From contig MU060807.1 in NCBI GenBank assembly GCA_013265495.1, forward strand, positions 62,001 to 126,000: 64,000 nucleotides of DNA, in the 5' to 3' direction. The notes beneath the pieces were generated by a model. The model was not told the origin of the DNA, did no database searches, and saw nothing but the letters and a program-made list of their open reading frames with translations. Origin of the DNA: Vicugna vicugna. Lineage: Eukaryota. Every line of letters begins with the position of its first letter. The stretch's first letter is position 1. Shown here piece by piece: positions 1-11,320 of the stretch. Made by a program: the position numbers and the translations under genes.

Positions 1-134
1 GGTTTCAGCTCTGGACCTCCATGTCCAGTCCCTGTCCCCACCCCTGGAAGAGGAAGAGATTGGCTCCAGGCTGGGAGGGTTATCAGGCAGCAGCAGCGAT
101 GAGAAATTGGGCCACAGAGCAATTTGAAGGTCCC

Positions 135-274
135 NNNNNNNNNNNNNNNNNNNNNNNNNNNNNNNNNNNNNNNNNNNNNNNNNNNNNNNNNNNNNNNNNN
201 NNNNNNNNNNNNNNNNNNNNNNNNNNNNNNNNNNNNNNNNNNNNNNNNNNNNNNNNNNNNNNNNNNNNNNNNNN
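135..274. other. Assembly gap
   Basis: 140 N. Confidence 1.
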
Positions 275-2959
275 TAGGGAAGTAAGAAGAGGAACAGACG
301 GCTCCCCCCATCTAATGCAGCAACTCTCAGCAGGAGGAAAGGCTGGGTGCTGCTAAGAGCAGCACAAGGCCCTCAGCTGGCTGCCAACTTCCCCTAAACC
401 TCCTTGCCAGTGAATTCTCAGAAACCTCATGCCTTGGAACTGGAGAGCTGTGTCGATGCCAGAACAGCACCAGACCCCAGTGCTAGAGTAGATCACGAAA
501 GAGGAGGGCTTCCCCCTGTCAGGACTGAGAGGGACCAGCGGGCTAGGAGGTTAGCAGGGGTGGGGGCCCCAGAATCGCCTCACGCCGAAGTCTCCCACAC
601 CTCCACCAGACGTGTCCCTCTTCCCTTCTCTCAGCAATCTTTAGGGGGACTAAAGAAGCAAGCAGCATCCATTGCCCCTTTCTCTGCTGCACTGTCCTCT
701 AGTGGGCAGCAATTCATGTAACTTTCCTGGTGTCTTTTGGGTTGCGAGGCAGGGCTGATGCTAGCCAGGGTCCTGCCTACCCCTCCCTCCTCCTTGCCCC
801 GACTCACTGCCCTCAAAGCCTGAGACAGGAGCTCATATTTGGCCTCTGTCACCCTGGGGGTATGAGGAAGAGAGTTTGCAGGTAAATGTTTGTTCCTCTG
901 CTTCCTGGAAGACAGGTATATCCCTGCCCCCGTGAGGCCTGAAACAAGTTTGGTTCCTATGGTACTTCATTGGAAGAGCCTCCTGTCCCCGACTGCCCAC
1001 CGGCCACCTCCCTGCTCCATCTTCCTGCTCCTGTCTGCAGCTTGGCACTGGCCGCCTGACACAGTGCACCTGCGTCCCCAGGGCCACGCGCTTCGCCAGG
1101 GCAGCGCTGCCTCTCTGGGCCTTTGTGGCCTTAGGCTCATAATGAGCTTTTAATGAGCTGATGCTTTGGCTTTAGGGGGCACGAAGGGGCAGAAGAAGAG
1201 CCAAGTGCCAGCCCCTCATATTCTGCTCCCTGCAGCCTGAGGTTGCTTTTTAACTGGCTGAGGGCAGAGGCTGAGGCCATAGGCAGATGCTTGATCCAGA
1301 GCCTTTCAGGTTTGTTCAGAATTTGGAGGACCTGACTTTCACAGTCCTTGGGCCCCAGCTACCCTCTGGCCATCACTCCCTCTCCACAGGAGGTCACTGG
1401 GTCTGTTCTGTCCCTTTGTGGTCTCTCCTCAACCAAGGCTGGAGGAAGGGGCACTGGTTTCTCTGTTAAGTAAGATTTATTTTAACTGATGTCAAAGTGA
1501 AGAGTCTAACTATTTCAACTGCTGTCTTTATGAAGAGACAGAAGGCACAGGATGGAGCCTTGCTGACTCCACCCTAGGCAGCTCAGACCCAACCCCTGTG
1601 GATGAAAGAACACACTCTGGCCCCTTCCCATGGGGTCTGCTGTTTTGTGTCTTCATTCAGTTCTAACTGAACTTGACACAAATTCACAATGGGAGATTCC
1701 CAAACGTCATGTGTACAGACTTCCCTTCCTGACACCCTGAATTATGTGGGGCTTCTCTTGGACCCCTCCCCTGGAGCATGCAGCCTTGTTCTGCAAGTTC
1801 TGGTGGATGACCCTCAGTCCCTCTTGGGAGTTAGAGGACGTGACAGTGGCTCCAGCTGCTGGTCCATGCTCCCCCTTGGCATTCCTTCAAGGCTTTTCCC
1901 CTTTGAATAAAATTAAGGTGGAAAAGGTTTGTGTGAGACACAAGGTGGAATTTCTTGACAGCTGGGGTGATAAAAATCTGAATGAGCTCCCCAGAGAGAT
2001 GTCAGGGTCTCCTTCAGTGAAGCATTAAAAAAAAAAGTGGCAGTCCCTGAAAGCGCCAATGACTGCTGGCTAGAAAGAGGGAACTGGACGCTATGATCCC
2101 AGTTCCCTTCCATCTCCATCACCCATGCCTTTATTTGCGCTTCTTTCTCCCTTCCAGGGACTGTGTCTCACTGGGGTTGAGTGGCGACAGGAGAGACAAG
2201 ATGCTGGAGCTGTCCCTGGTGCTGAAAGGCAGCAAGTAGGGGAGCGGAGGGCAACCTTAGTGCTCAGGAAGGCTACCTTGGGTGGGCTGCATGGAGCAGT
2301 AAGTTCTGTAGGTTTTCCCTGGCCCCACAGCCTCTGCCAGTGACAAACCTGTAACACGAGCCCTTCCCTGATGTGAGCAGAGGCTGTCATCAGTCATGTC
2401 TGCACTGGGGACCCTGCCATCCAAGGGCATTTCATTGGTGAGCCAGCAAGAGCTGGAATTTTCATGTCCAAGCAAATATGCAGACTTCCTGTGCCCCTCA
2501 GCACTCTTTCTCTTCTGCAGTCACTCTCAGGGTTGACACAGGGAACCAAGTAGATCTGCCCAGATGTACATGGGACAGGAGAGCTCCAGAGGTGGGCCAA
2601 GCTCAGGGTGTGAGATGAGGATCCAGGAAATTGAGCATCTTGTGGCAGATCAGCTAGGACCCCCACAGAAGGGCTTCCTCCCTCCAACAGCAGCTTCTCT
2701 CCTTGGCTTCGTCATAGAGTTCAGCAACCCTACTGAGTTCTCACGACCTCTTGCCTAATGAGAAAGAGGAAATTCAAGATAATTGCCACACAGACCGAGC
2801 AGCAGTGTGATTAGTAAATGCCCAAGCTATTGCAAATGACGATTACGTTAACAGATTTGGTTTGGGGTTGATCCTGTTAGGAGAAAAGCCAAGGGCTAAT
2901 GATGAGGGTGCTTAACGGAGCACATGAGCCAAGCACAGTCGTGGAAGGGAAGCTGAAGG

Positions 2960-3165
2960 CTCGTGCGAGTCTGCAAGCTGGGAGGCTTGTTTTCCAGCCT
3001 AAACTCTGCCCCTCACTAGTTGTGTGACCTTGGGCCGCCTCTGTGGTCCTAGAAGTGTCATCATAAACCAAATGGGCATCATGCTACCTTCCCCATCCAC
3101 CATGTGAGGATCAAGTCAGATGAAAAGGTCAGGAAAGCACTGAGCCAGTGCAAGGTATTGTTACC
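2960..3165 (+). mobile_element. MIR
   Basis: ctctgcccctcactagttgtgtgaccttgggc...aaatgggcatcat..ctacct...tgtgaggatcaagtcagatga. Confidence 0.7.
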
Positions 3166-3792
3166 GTTAGCAATCAATAATCATAGTAAATCACCACTTT
3201 TCTCCTTTGTACACTCGCATGCCTGAGAAGTTGGAGCAAACAGTCAGGCTCTTAAGGCTTTAGAAAAAATTCTGCCCCTGTCCCTCCTCTGGCTTCTGTG
3301 GGTTCTGGGGCCAGCCTCCTGAATGGTGGCTTGGTCACAGCTGGCACCAAAGAGCACGGATCTGTTTCTCCAAGGCTCTCTCGGCCCAGGCTGCCTCCTT
3401 GCCAGGAGCTCATGGCCCAGATGCAGCAGGAGCCTGCAAAGAGCTTTCCAGGGCTGCAGCTGCCGAGGCCTCTTACCCACCAAGCCCCGAGGTGGAACAT
3501 CACAGCGCTGCCTGATTTCAGATGTTCTTTTTGCTCGGTGCTGAGCGCTCTCCTCCCCTCCAGAAGAGGAGAAGGGAGAAGTCCTGGGGGTTCATTTAAA
3601 ATAAATAAAGCTTGGCAACAGTGCTGAGTGGGAAAAGCAGGGCGGAATGGCACCCACAGCCCTTCTCTGAGAGCATTCCTCCAGCTCCTGGGCCCCAAGG
3701 GGAGAGGAACTTGCCAAAGAAAGATGCGCTTATAACTGCAACCCTGTGCAACTTCTTCTGGCTTTGCCCATATATCTCGAGTGTGCCCTTTG

Positions 3793-3956
3793 NNNNNNNN
3801 NNNNNNNNNNNNNNNNNNNNNNNNNNNNNNNNNNNNNNNNNNNNNNNNNNNNNNNNNNNNNNNNNNNNNNNNNNNNNNNNNNNNNNNNNNNNNNNNNNNN
3901 NNNNNNNNNNNNNNNNNNNNNNNNNNNNNNNNNNNNNNNNNNNNNNNNNNNNNNNN
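3793..3956. other. Assembly gap
   Basis: 164 N. Confidence 1.
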
Positions 3957-5084
3957 GGGGACAGCAACAGTGGGTGGGGGGTCCCCACTGAAGTGGAAGG
4001 TGGGTGCTGGCCATGGCTTCCTGGGCCAGGACTGACTTTCCCTCTGCATTGCCAAGCACTTGGTGGCTCAGGGATGCAGAGGGACCCAGGGGTGAGGAGC
4101 ACCCCCAGCACCCCTTCCTTATAGGCCTTCCCTCAAAGGGGAGGCTCTGGTTGGTGTGAGTGGGCCCTCTGCTGGACACCTCCAGCGTGGCCCTGTCAGC
4201 CAGGGCAGCCAGTGGCCCTGTCCTCACAGGGGCTTCTCTGCCAACTCCTCTGCCCTTTGGGAGAATTGGACACACCAGGATGAAGCGGAAGCAGCCCCAA
4301 TCCCAAGTTAGGGAAGACCCCACCTTCAGAGAGTCTGGGGGTCTCCTTCATTTTACAAGGTGACTAGAGAGCTTCCTGTCCTCAACTAGACATTTCCCCA
4401 GTGTCGTCTGTTGGAGGCACCCCAAGCAGCCCTGAGCTTGGAGCCGTCCCCTGACTATCCCTGTTCCCTTAGCTGCGGAATTGGGGCATGAATTCCCCTG
4501 GGAGGGTGTTCAGTTGGTGATGTGGGCGTCTGGTTGGTTCACGTAGAAGATACTTCTTGGGTGACCGCATGCCTGCTCACACACACCCCTGCCACCTGAG
4601 CCTTGCCCACCCTAGCCCACTCCACTGTGGAGATGCCGTGTACAATTCTGCTGCTCCTGCCTCCTTGGTCCCCCAGCGCTCATGCCCAAGCCTGTGCCAA
4701 ACACCCCGACGTTGGGGCAGGGAGCTCTGGCTCTGCTGGAAGCGCTGAGCACACTGTCTTTGTGTGGCCCAGCTGCAGCCGGAGACGGTGAGCTCACCCC
4801 TTGTACTGGGACATCTTTGCCAAGCTCCGCGCTGTCCTCCCTGCATGAGCGAAGCCTAAGGACACTCAGAGGGGGCACTCAGAAGGGGAAAGAGGCGCAG
4901 GCTGATGAGTAACCCAACCCTCCACCCAATCTCCCCGAAGGGATCGCAGGGCATCCTGTTTCCTGCTGGAATCTGCCAACGGGCAGCTTTGGAATTTCCA
5001 AAGGATGAGAGATGGGATATTAGCTTAGGCAAAACTCTCCCAGATCATTTGGCCAGAGAATTGCCACCTTTGTTAAAAACACAG

Positions 5085-5190
5085 ATGATTTTAAACACTT
5101 TGGCACATGCTCTCCCAGGGAGACCCCGTGTGCCCATTTCACAGAGGTGCACACCACAGAGATGAAGGGTGTTTGCAAAGCTATGTGGGC
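5085..5190 (-). mobile_element. MIR fragment
   Basis: cccatttcacagaggtgcacacca.agagatgaagggtgtttgc. Confidence 0.5.
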
Positions 5191-6639
5191 CTGGATCTCC
5201 CAGGCTGGCTCGCCCAGAGTGGGTGGGGGAGGGGGGTGGCACCTGCACCCGGCAAGGCCTCCTCCAGGGAAGGTGACACGGAGACGGGGCAGGAAGGAGC
5301 TAGGAGATCTCCAAAGCCTTGGAACCATCCGGACCTTCTGAGGCGCCTCCTTGCCTGGTATTTATAGTGGTGCCCAGGAGCGCAGAAATAATTACAGCTC
5401 AGTTCCTGCCTCCCTAACAAGGCCCTTCTCAGATTCAGGGTGAATAGGATATTTTTTTTTCTTGGCTCTTTTTTTAAGTAGTGAATATTAGCACTGGATT
5501 GACAGCTCTTCCCAGCTCACAGCCTCCTTTCGCCCCAGAAGCGGGGGCAGCTGAGCACTGGGCCCCCGGGCTTCCCCCACTCACTGCTCAGGGCCACCCA
5601 CCCTGGCCCAGGAGACACCAGGGGCTCCAGAGGGCTGCGAGGGGTCCAAGGGACCTGAAGAACGTTGCAGCCCACAGTCTGATGCGTTGCCTCTGCACCA
5701 GGCATTGGAGGTCCTGGGTGAGGATGGCAGAGACTCAGAAACAGTCACGCTAGATGCATTTCTTGCCATTAGAGGGACCCAGTGCATCCCAGGAGCACAG
5801 AGCATGCTTCCCCTTTCTCCTCCAGACCACGGACAAGGGGTGGACCTGACACCAGTGGGACAGCCACCCTAGGGGCACAGACCCTTCTGCAGCAGCCTGG
5901 CTCTGCCCTGTCAGTGCCCTCCAGCAGCTGTGGTTGACTCACCAATGGGACGAGCCTCAGGGTGGGGGTGGGGCCAGGGACGACCACACTCGTCCCTGCC
6001 AGGAGCTACTCCAGGCATTGGCATGAGGCTGTGAACCAGACAGCAAGCTCCCTGCCCTCCTGACACCTCGACTATTGAAGGGGAGACCGAGAGGCCACCA
6101 GCGGGGCTATTTAGCTGTTCCGCGGCCTGACACACACCCCTGCCTCGCCACAAAGACACCCCTCAGTGGACCGAGGCCTCTTCAATTTACCATTTAATAA
6201 CTGGCTCGTAGTGGAAGTCACCAGTCCAGGACACAGCGCAGGAGGCCCTGGGCATGCAGCCCCATCCTGAGAAATAAGCCAGACATACACATTGTTCAGA
6301 TCCTTTTTGTGGAGGTTTTCTTTCGATTCTGTTTTGCTGTTCTCACTCTTGCTAGAGCCTAGGTGTGATTAGCTGGCTGATGGAAGCAGGTGTCCAGACA
6401 TGCTCTCTGGGCCCGACACTCTCTGGAGGTGAGGCTGGAAGGCAGGTGGCTGGGCTGAGAGGCCCACTGATGACCAGGCAGAAGGCTGCTGGAAGCAATA
6501 CCAGTACTGAGACTGGCATTACCACCACCCTGGCTTTCTCCAGGTCAACAAATGAGCTCAGGGGTCCCTCCAAGAAAGCTTCCCTGGCCGAACCCAAGGT
6601 TTCAGCTCACCTCAGATTTGAGCTTCCGCTATGCTGGGC

Positions 6640-6800
6640 TGTCATAGCTCTTAGCACAGTAGGCTGCAGTCTTGGTTTGCTGGCTTGGTTTCCCCACCAG
6701 ACAGTGTGCTCACTCCAGTGCAAAGAATTTTATTTGTATGGCTCCAGCATCTGGTGCCGTGTCTGCACGCAGTGGATTCTCATTAAGAAAATGCATGAGA
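6640..6800 (+). mobile_element. LINE2 3' end
   Basis: ccccaccagacagtgtgctc...tttgtatggctccagcatctggtgccgtgtctgcacgcagtggattctcattaag. Confidence 0.6.
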
Positions 6801-7684
6801 GCTGTGTGTTTAGGATGCACTCCCAAGTCTTCTTATGGGAAGGATAAAGCGTTCATCTCAAGAGATGCTTGGTGACAACGGTGAATTAGCAAGCGGATGG
6901 TTCGCAGGCAGGGTGGACGTGGAGCCCAGGACCAAAGGTGAATACTCCATGGCTGCCCCAAATTTTCTGGGTGACAGCTGACAGGGCTAGGGGAGGACAG
7001 AAGGAGAGGGAAGGCTTCTGAAACGGGGGCAGCAGAGATGCCCGGGCCACTCTGGGGTGCCACACTCTGCAGAAGAACTCTCTGCAAAGACTCTGCTGGC
7101 AAATGCTATACCCAGCTGGGTGTTCTTGCCCCAGATGCCCGAGGCCTCGGTGCTGGGTCACCCCATCACTGTCCTAGGCTGAAGGGGCCCCTCGTCTGAG
7201 ATGCTAAGTTAATAACCTGTCCAGCTCACAGGCAGGGGTGGCCTCTGCAGGTCCACAGTCAAGTGCCCCCATCCCCACTTCCTGCCAATGCCACCCCTGG
7301 GGTCAGCACAGTGAGAGATTCCCAAAACAAGGTCAGGCAAGGGTGGCTACCTAACACGATGGATCAGCTGTTCCCGCCACCATCTCTCCTTTGACCTTTG
7401 TCCCTTCTTCTGTCTGCCTCCCTGCCAGACGTTGCACCCCCTTTCTTTCTTAGGGAAAGATAAGCAGGAGGCTGTTTTGTTCAAGAGACATGGGGTGCCT
7501 CAGAGAAGGGCGTCCAAGGGTCACACACCTGCTAGCTGTGTTCATATCAAGCTTGTTCCCAAACTGCTTGGAGGGAACACGTCCGCAGCATCCCCCAACC
7601 CCGCTGCTTCTTCCTAACTGGCCCTTGTGGACCCGTCCTGCAGCAGATGCTATAAGAGACGTCTCAGACATCACCCAACCAACC

Positions 7685-7800
7685 TTTCAGCTTGGAGGAA
7701 GAAACCGAAGCCCAGAGAGGACAAGCAACTTTGCTAAGATCACACAGTGAGTGAGGGTGCCTCCACCTGCCTCCCAAGCCAGTGCTCTTCTCACTGCCAA
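7685..7800 (-). mobile_element. MIR
   Basis: gaagaaaccgaagcccagagaggacaagcaactttgctaagatcacacagt. Confidence 0.7.
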
Positions 7801-8100
7801 GGGGTCCAGGCTCTGCTTCCCTCCAGAGTGGGGCCTGCTCCCACAGTGAGGTCAGGAGTCACGGGTGCTTCTAGGTAGGACAGGTGAGTCCAGAATTGAT
7901 CCTAGGTATCTGGGATTTGCCCCTTTCCTGGGGGAAGTATGCATGAGTAGGGGAAGAGGTTGGGCATGCCCCCTGCTGTCTCTACCTCTAATGGTGGCAA
8001 GTGGCAGACTGTCCCTCTCACAACCACACTCACCTGTGGCTTGTCCTGTCAAAATGGGCTTGGCTAGGGGGCATCTGACAAGTGTGAATGCATGGCAGGC

Positions 8101-8102
<2 letters not shown>

Positions 8103-8134
<32 letters not shown>
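8103..8134 (+). repeat. (GT)16 microsatellite, followed by a CA-rich tract to about 8177
   Basis: Direct reading. Confidence 0.98.
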
Positions 8135-8136
<2 letters not shown>

Positions 8137-8293
8137 CTGCAGATTTATGCACATGTACACACACCACACACACACACTTGTCACGGTGGAAGCGCAGGGA
8201 CACAGTCAAGACCTCTGCCAGGTGCTGACCAGGGTCAGGAATCTCACAGTGATTCTGGCTCCGTTGATGTGTGAGCGCCAAGTCCAGAGTGGG

Positions 8294-8300
8294 TATAAAG
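8294..8300 (+). promoter_or_regulatory. TATA-like motif upstream of CpG island
   Basis: TATAAAG; motif match only. Confidence 0.2.
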
Positions 8301-8751
8301 AGGGGAGGATGCGTTGTAGCCAGTGCCCCTTGAAATCCTCCCCCGCCCCCTTTATATTAAGTATCCACAAGTCCATGTGCCTGCGGCAATCCTGGGGTGT
8401 AAATATGGACCTAGGGGCCAGTGGGAGAGGCTCCCAGGGCGCCCAGCTGGGTTTCCAAGCCCTGGGCAGCGCGAGAAGCGTTTTCAGCAAGGAAGCCTCT
8501 GCGTAGATGCCCTCATTACATCACCGACATCCCCGCCACCGAGCCGGCCTCCCTTAGAAGAGGCGCTTCTCCGAACGCCAAGCAGGACGAAGCGCCTTCC
8601 GGTCGGGCCGCAGAGCCGCTCCTTCCTTCTCTCCGCAGCGGCCCATGGACAGAGCAGGGGCAAAAGGAGATTCCAGGCCCCAAACCCGGGCCGCTGGAGG
8701 CGGGGAGGAGGAGCGGAGCGGAGGGGCCGGTGCGAGGGTGCGAGAGCTGGC

Positions 8752-8955
8752 NNNNNNNNNNNNNNNNNNNNNNNNNNNNNNNNNNNNNNNNNNNNNNNNN
8801 NNNNNNNNNNNNNNNNNNNNNNNNNNNNNNNNNNNNNNNNNNNNNNNNNNNNNNNNNNNNNNNNNNNNNNNNNNNNNNNNNNNNNNNNNNNNNNNNNNNN
8901 NNNNNNNNNNNNNNNNNNNNNNNNNNNNNNNNNNNNNNNNNNNNNNNNNNNNNNN
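8752..8955. other. Assembly gap (in CpG island)
   Basis: 204 N. Confidence 1.
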
Positions 8956-9108
8956 AAAGTGACGGACTCCCTCTTCCCCGCTCCCCTTCATCCATTCTCT
9001 CGCGCTTAGAGCCTCTCTTGCCATATTCTCGCGCGCGCTCTCTCCAGCATCCCCGCCCGGGCAGGGGAGCACCGGGCAGAGGCGCGCCGCTTTCCTTCCA
9101 TGTCTCCC

Positions 9109-9116
9109 TTTTAAAG
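9109..9116 (+). promoter_or_regulatory. TATA-like element in CpG island
   Basis: TTTTAAAG is the only AT-rich patch in this part of the island, followed by a purine-rich leader. Confidence 0.3.
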
Positions 9117-9247
9117 AGCGCCACGAGGGGGAGGGGAGGGCCGGAGGAGGAAGAAGAGGAGGAGACCGAGAGGGCGCCCGGGAGGCAGGGCGCGCGCACA
9201 CACCGAGGGACGCGCGGAGGGTGCGAGCCGCGCAGCGAGCGCAGAGC

Positions 9248-9438
9248 NNNNNNNNNNNNNNNNNNNNNNNNNNNNNNNNNNNNNNNNNNNNNNNNNNNNN
9301 NNNNNNNNNNNNNNNNNNNNNNNNNNNNNNNNNNNNNNNNNNNNNNNNNNNNNNNNNNNNNNNNNNNNNNNNNNNNNNNNNNNNNNNNNNNNNNNNNNNN
9401 NNNNNNNNNNNNNNNNNNNNNNNNNNNNNNNNNNNNNN
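9248..9438. other. Assembly gap (in CpG island)
   Basis: 191 N. Confidence 1.
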
Positions 9439-11055
9439 CCCGCGCCGCCGCCCACACCCGCACTTGGCCGCCTCCGCGTCGCCGCGGGGGCCCCGCTGCG
9501 CTCCCCGCGTCATGGCGCCGGGGCCCGGTGGGGGGAACTGCGCCCCTGCGCGGCGGCCGAGCGCGGGGGTGCCTGGGGCGCGCGCGGCGCGGGGCCGGGG
9601 GCCGGAGTTTGGGGCGTCGCTCGCAACTTTTCCGAAGGCGCGGGAGGGGGCGGCGGGCGGAGTCTCCGGGGAAGCCGGAGGGGAGGGGGCGAAAAGCCAG
9701 GGGGCCGCGCGGAGGCGGCGGGGGCGCGGAGCTCCACTGCAGCGTGGACCGCGCGCTGGGCCTCGGGGGAGGCGGGCCACCCGCCTGGTAGGGCTGGCGA
9801 GGGAGGCCCCGGGAGCTCCTGCCGGGGAGGGGGCTGGGCCAGACTTTTGCAATCTGCGGGGCTACGCAGAAACCTCAGGCTGGCGACTAGGGCAGGAAGC
9901 CCAGCTACTCTGAGCCCCCAAATCCCCAGGACGCTACCCGGGGAGGTGCGCGCAGAGCATCCGCTGCCGCCTGCTTACTGGCCGGGATGTGGGGGGCGGG
10001 GGTCCTGCGATCCCACCCAATGCGGAATCAGTGCGGTCCCAGGCCTGCACTGGGCACCGAGGGGGAACTCCATCACCTCCCCCAGGCCCCTTGGCCTCTC
10101 AGGGCTGCAGTTCCCGGTGCCAGGTTGGCCACAGCCGGCGGGGGGGCTGCAGTCCCCTGCCTCACCCACCCTTGCTGCCCATGCTCCAGGCCTGCCCTCC
10201 CCCGCTGCGCCGTGGGGTTGCCTTCTTTATCTTTAGCACCTCCACCTCTGCTTGGGCCTGCAGGGTCTGGGTGACAGCTCAGGGAGGCCTGGGGCTTGAA
10301 GAGGGAAATCGGTGAAGCCGGGAGAGCTTCAGGCTGACCATCCTGGGGCCTGTCCCACCCAGAAGGAGCGCTGCCATAGAACCAGGTCTGCACCCTGGGC
10401 TGGATGTGGAGATGGGAGACAGAGAGAATGGGGTGCCACCCCAAGGCTGATGGTCAGGGCCAGGCCAGGCCTAAGTGAACGTGTCCCGCCACCACCTCCC
10501 CTGTGGGTATGTTTGAAGGAAGGATGGCAAAAGCGTGTGTTTCTTGGAGACGAGGAGAGGTCCTGGCAGAGCTGGGCCTTTGGATGGTGGGTCCTTGTCT
10601 TTTTGTATCCCACTTTGGGCTCTCCAGGGAGCCAGGAAACAGGGAGCTATTGGAAGTGGCTCAGCAGGAGCTGGGGACATGGCAGACAAAGATGGGCCCT
10701 CAGCTGAGCTGGAGCTGCTCTGAGTCCCAGGCTGCTGGGCACTTGGGTCAGCCCCTTACCAGGATCCACACAGCAGGAATTGCCCGATGTCAGCAGCTGC
10801 AGAGCAAGGGACAGGGGACTGACTGCATGGTCAGGAGCAAAGAGAGGCAGGAAGTGGCCTGCAACCGAGAGCCCTTGGTCCTGGTCTCACCCTCCCAAGG
10901 ACCACCTGTGACATCTAGGTGGTCCTGGACACGGCTCATTGGCAACAAGAATGAGTGAAGGGGTCCCTATATGTACAGGCAGCAGGCGTCCAAGCTCCCA
11001 AAGTTCCCTATCATCTTTGAGTCGCAGACAGGGTGGGCCTCCCAGGTTAGCCTTA

Positions 11056-11178
11056 CAGCGCCTCCCAAACTTCCATGAGTGCAGGAACCCTTGGGGATCT
11101 CTGGGGTGGGGCCCATGAATCTGTGTTTCTCACAAGCTCCCAGGTGGTCATGGGGCCCACCACTCAAAGTAGCCACGG
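11056..11178. mobile_element. MER5A-like relic
   Basis: ctcccaaactt...tctggggtggggcccatgaatctgtgtttctcacaagctcccaggtg. Confidence 0.65.
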
Positions 11179-11229
11179 TCTGCCCCACTCCCAGCCCCAC
11201 TGGCAGGATGCTGTGGGCTGCAGCAAAAT

Positions 11230-11320
11230 GTAGGATTGGAGACTAATCCACAGTTTATTGGCTGTGTTAGGCAAGTCAGTTCACCTCTTTGAACCTCGGG
11301 AGCTTCCTCTGAGAAAGAGG
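11230..11320 (+). mobile_element. MIR fragment
   Basis: ttattggctgtgttaggcaagtcagttcacctctttgaacctc. Confidence 0.6.

Larger units (their letters stand above)
8500..10250 (+). promoter_or_regulatory. CpG island, probable internal alternative promoter/first exon of RBFOX3
   Basis: Very high GC and CpG density (many CGCG/GCGC runs), GA-rich leader-like segment 9125-9247, GC boxes; two N gaps fall in its most GC-rich part. Confidence 0.8.

Noticed and set aside
8205-8230. Additional RE1-like half sites (GGTGCTGA at about 8221; similar at about 3537 and 24446)
   Set aside because: Only one half-site matches; the partner half has several mismatches
8421-9852. Long ORFs (456, 432, 315 aa) across the CpG island
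   Set aside because: They run through N gaps, overlap on both strands and are Gly/Arg/Pro/Ala low-complexity, as expected from stop-poor GC-rich DNA; no recognisable domain
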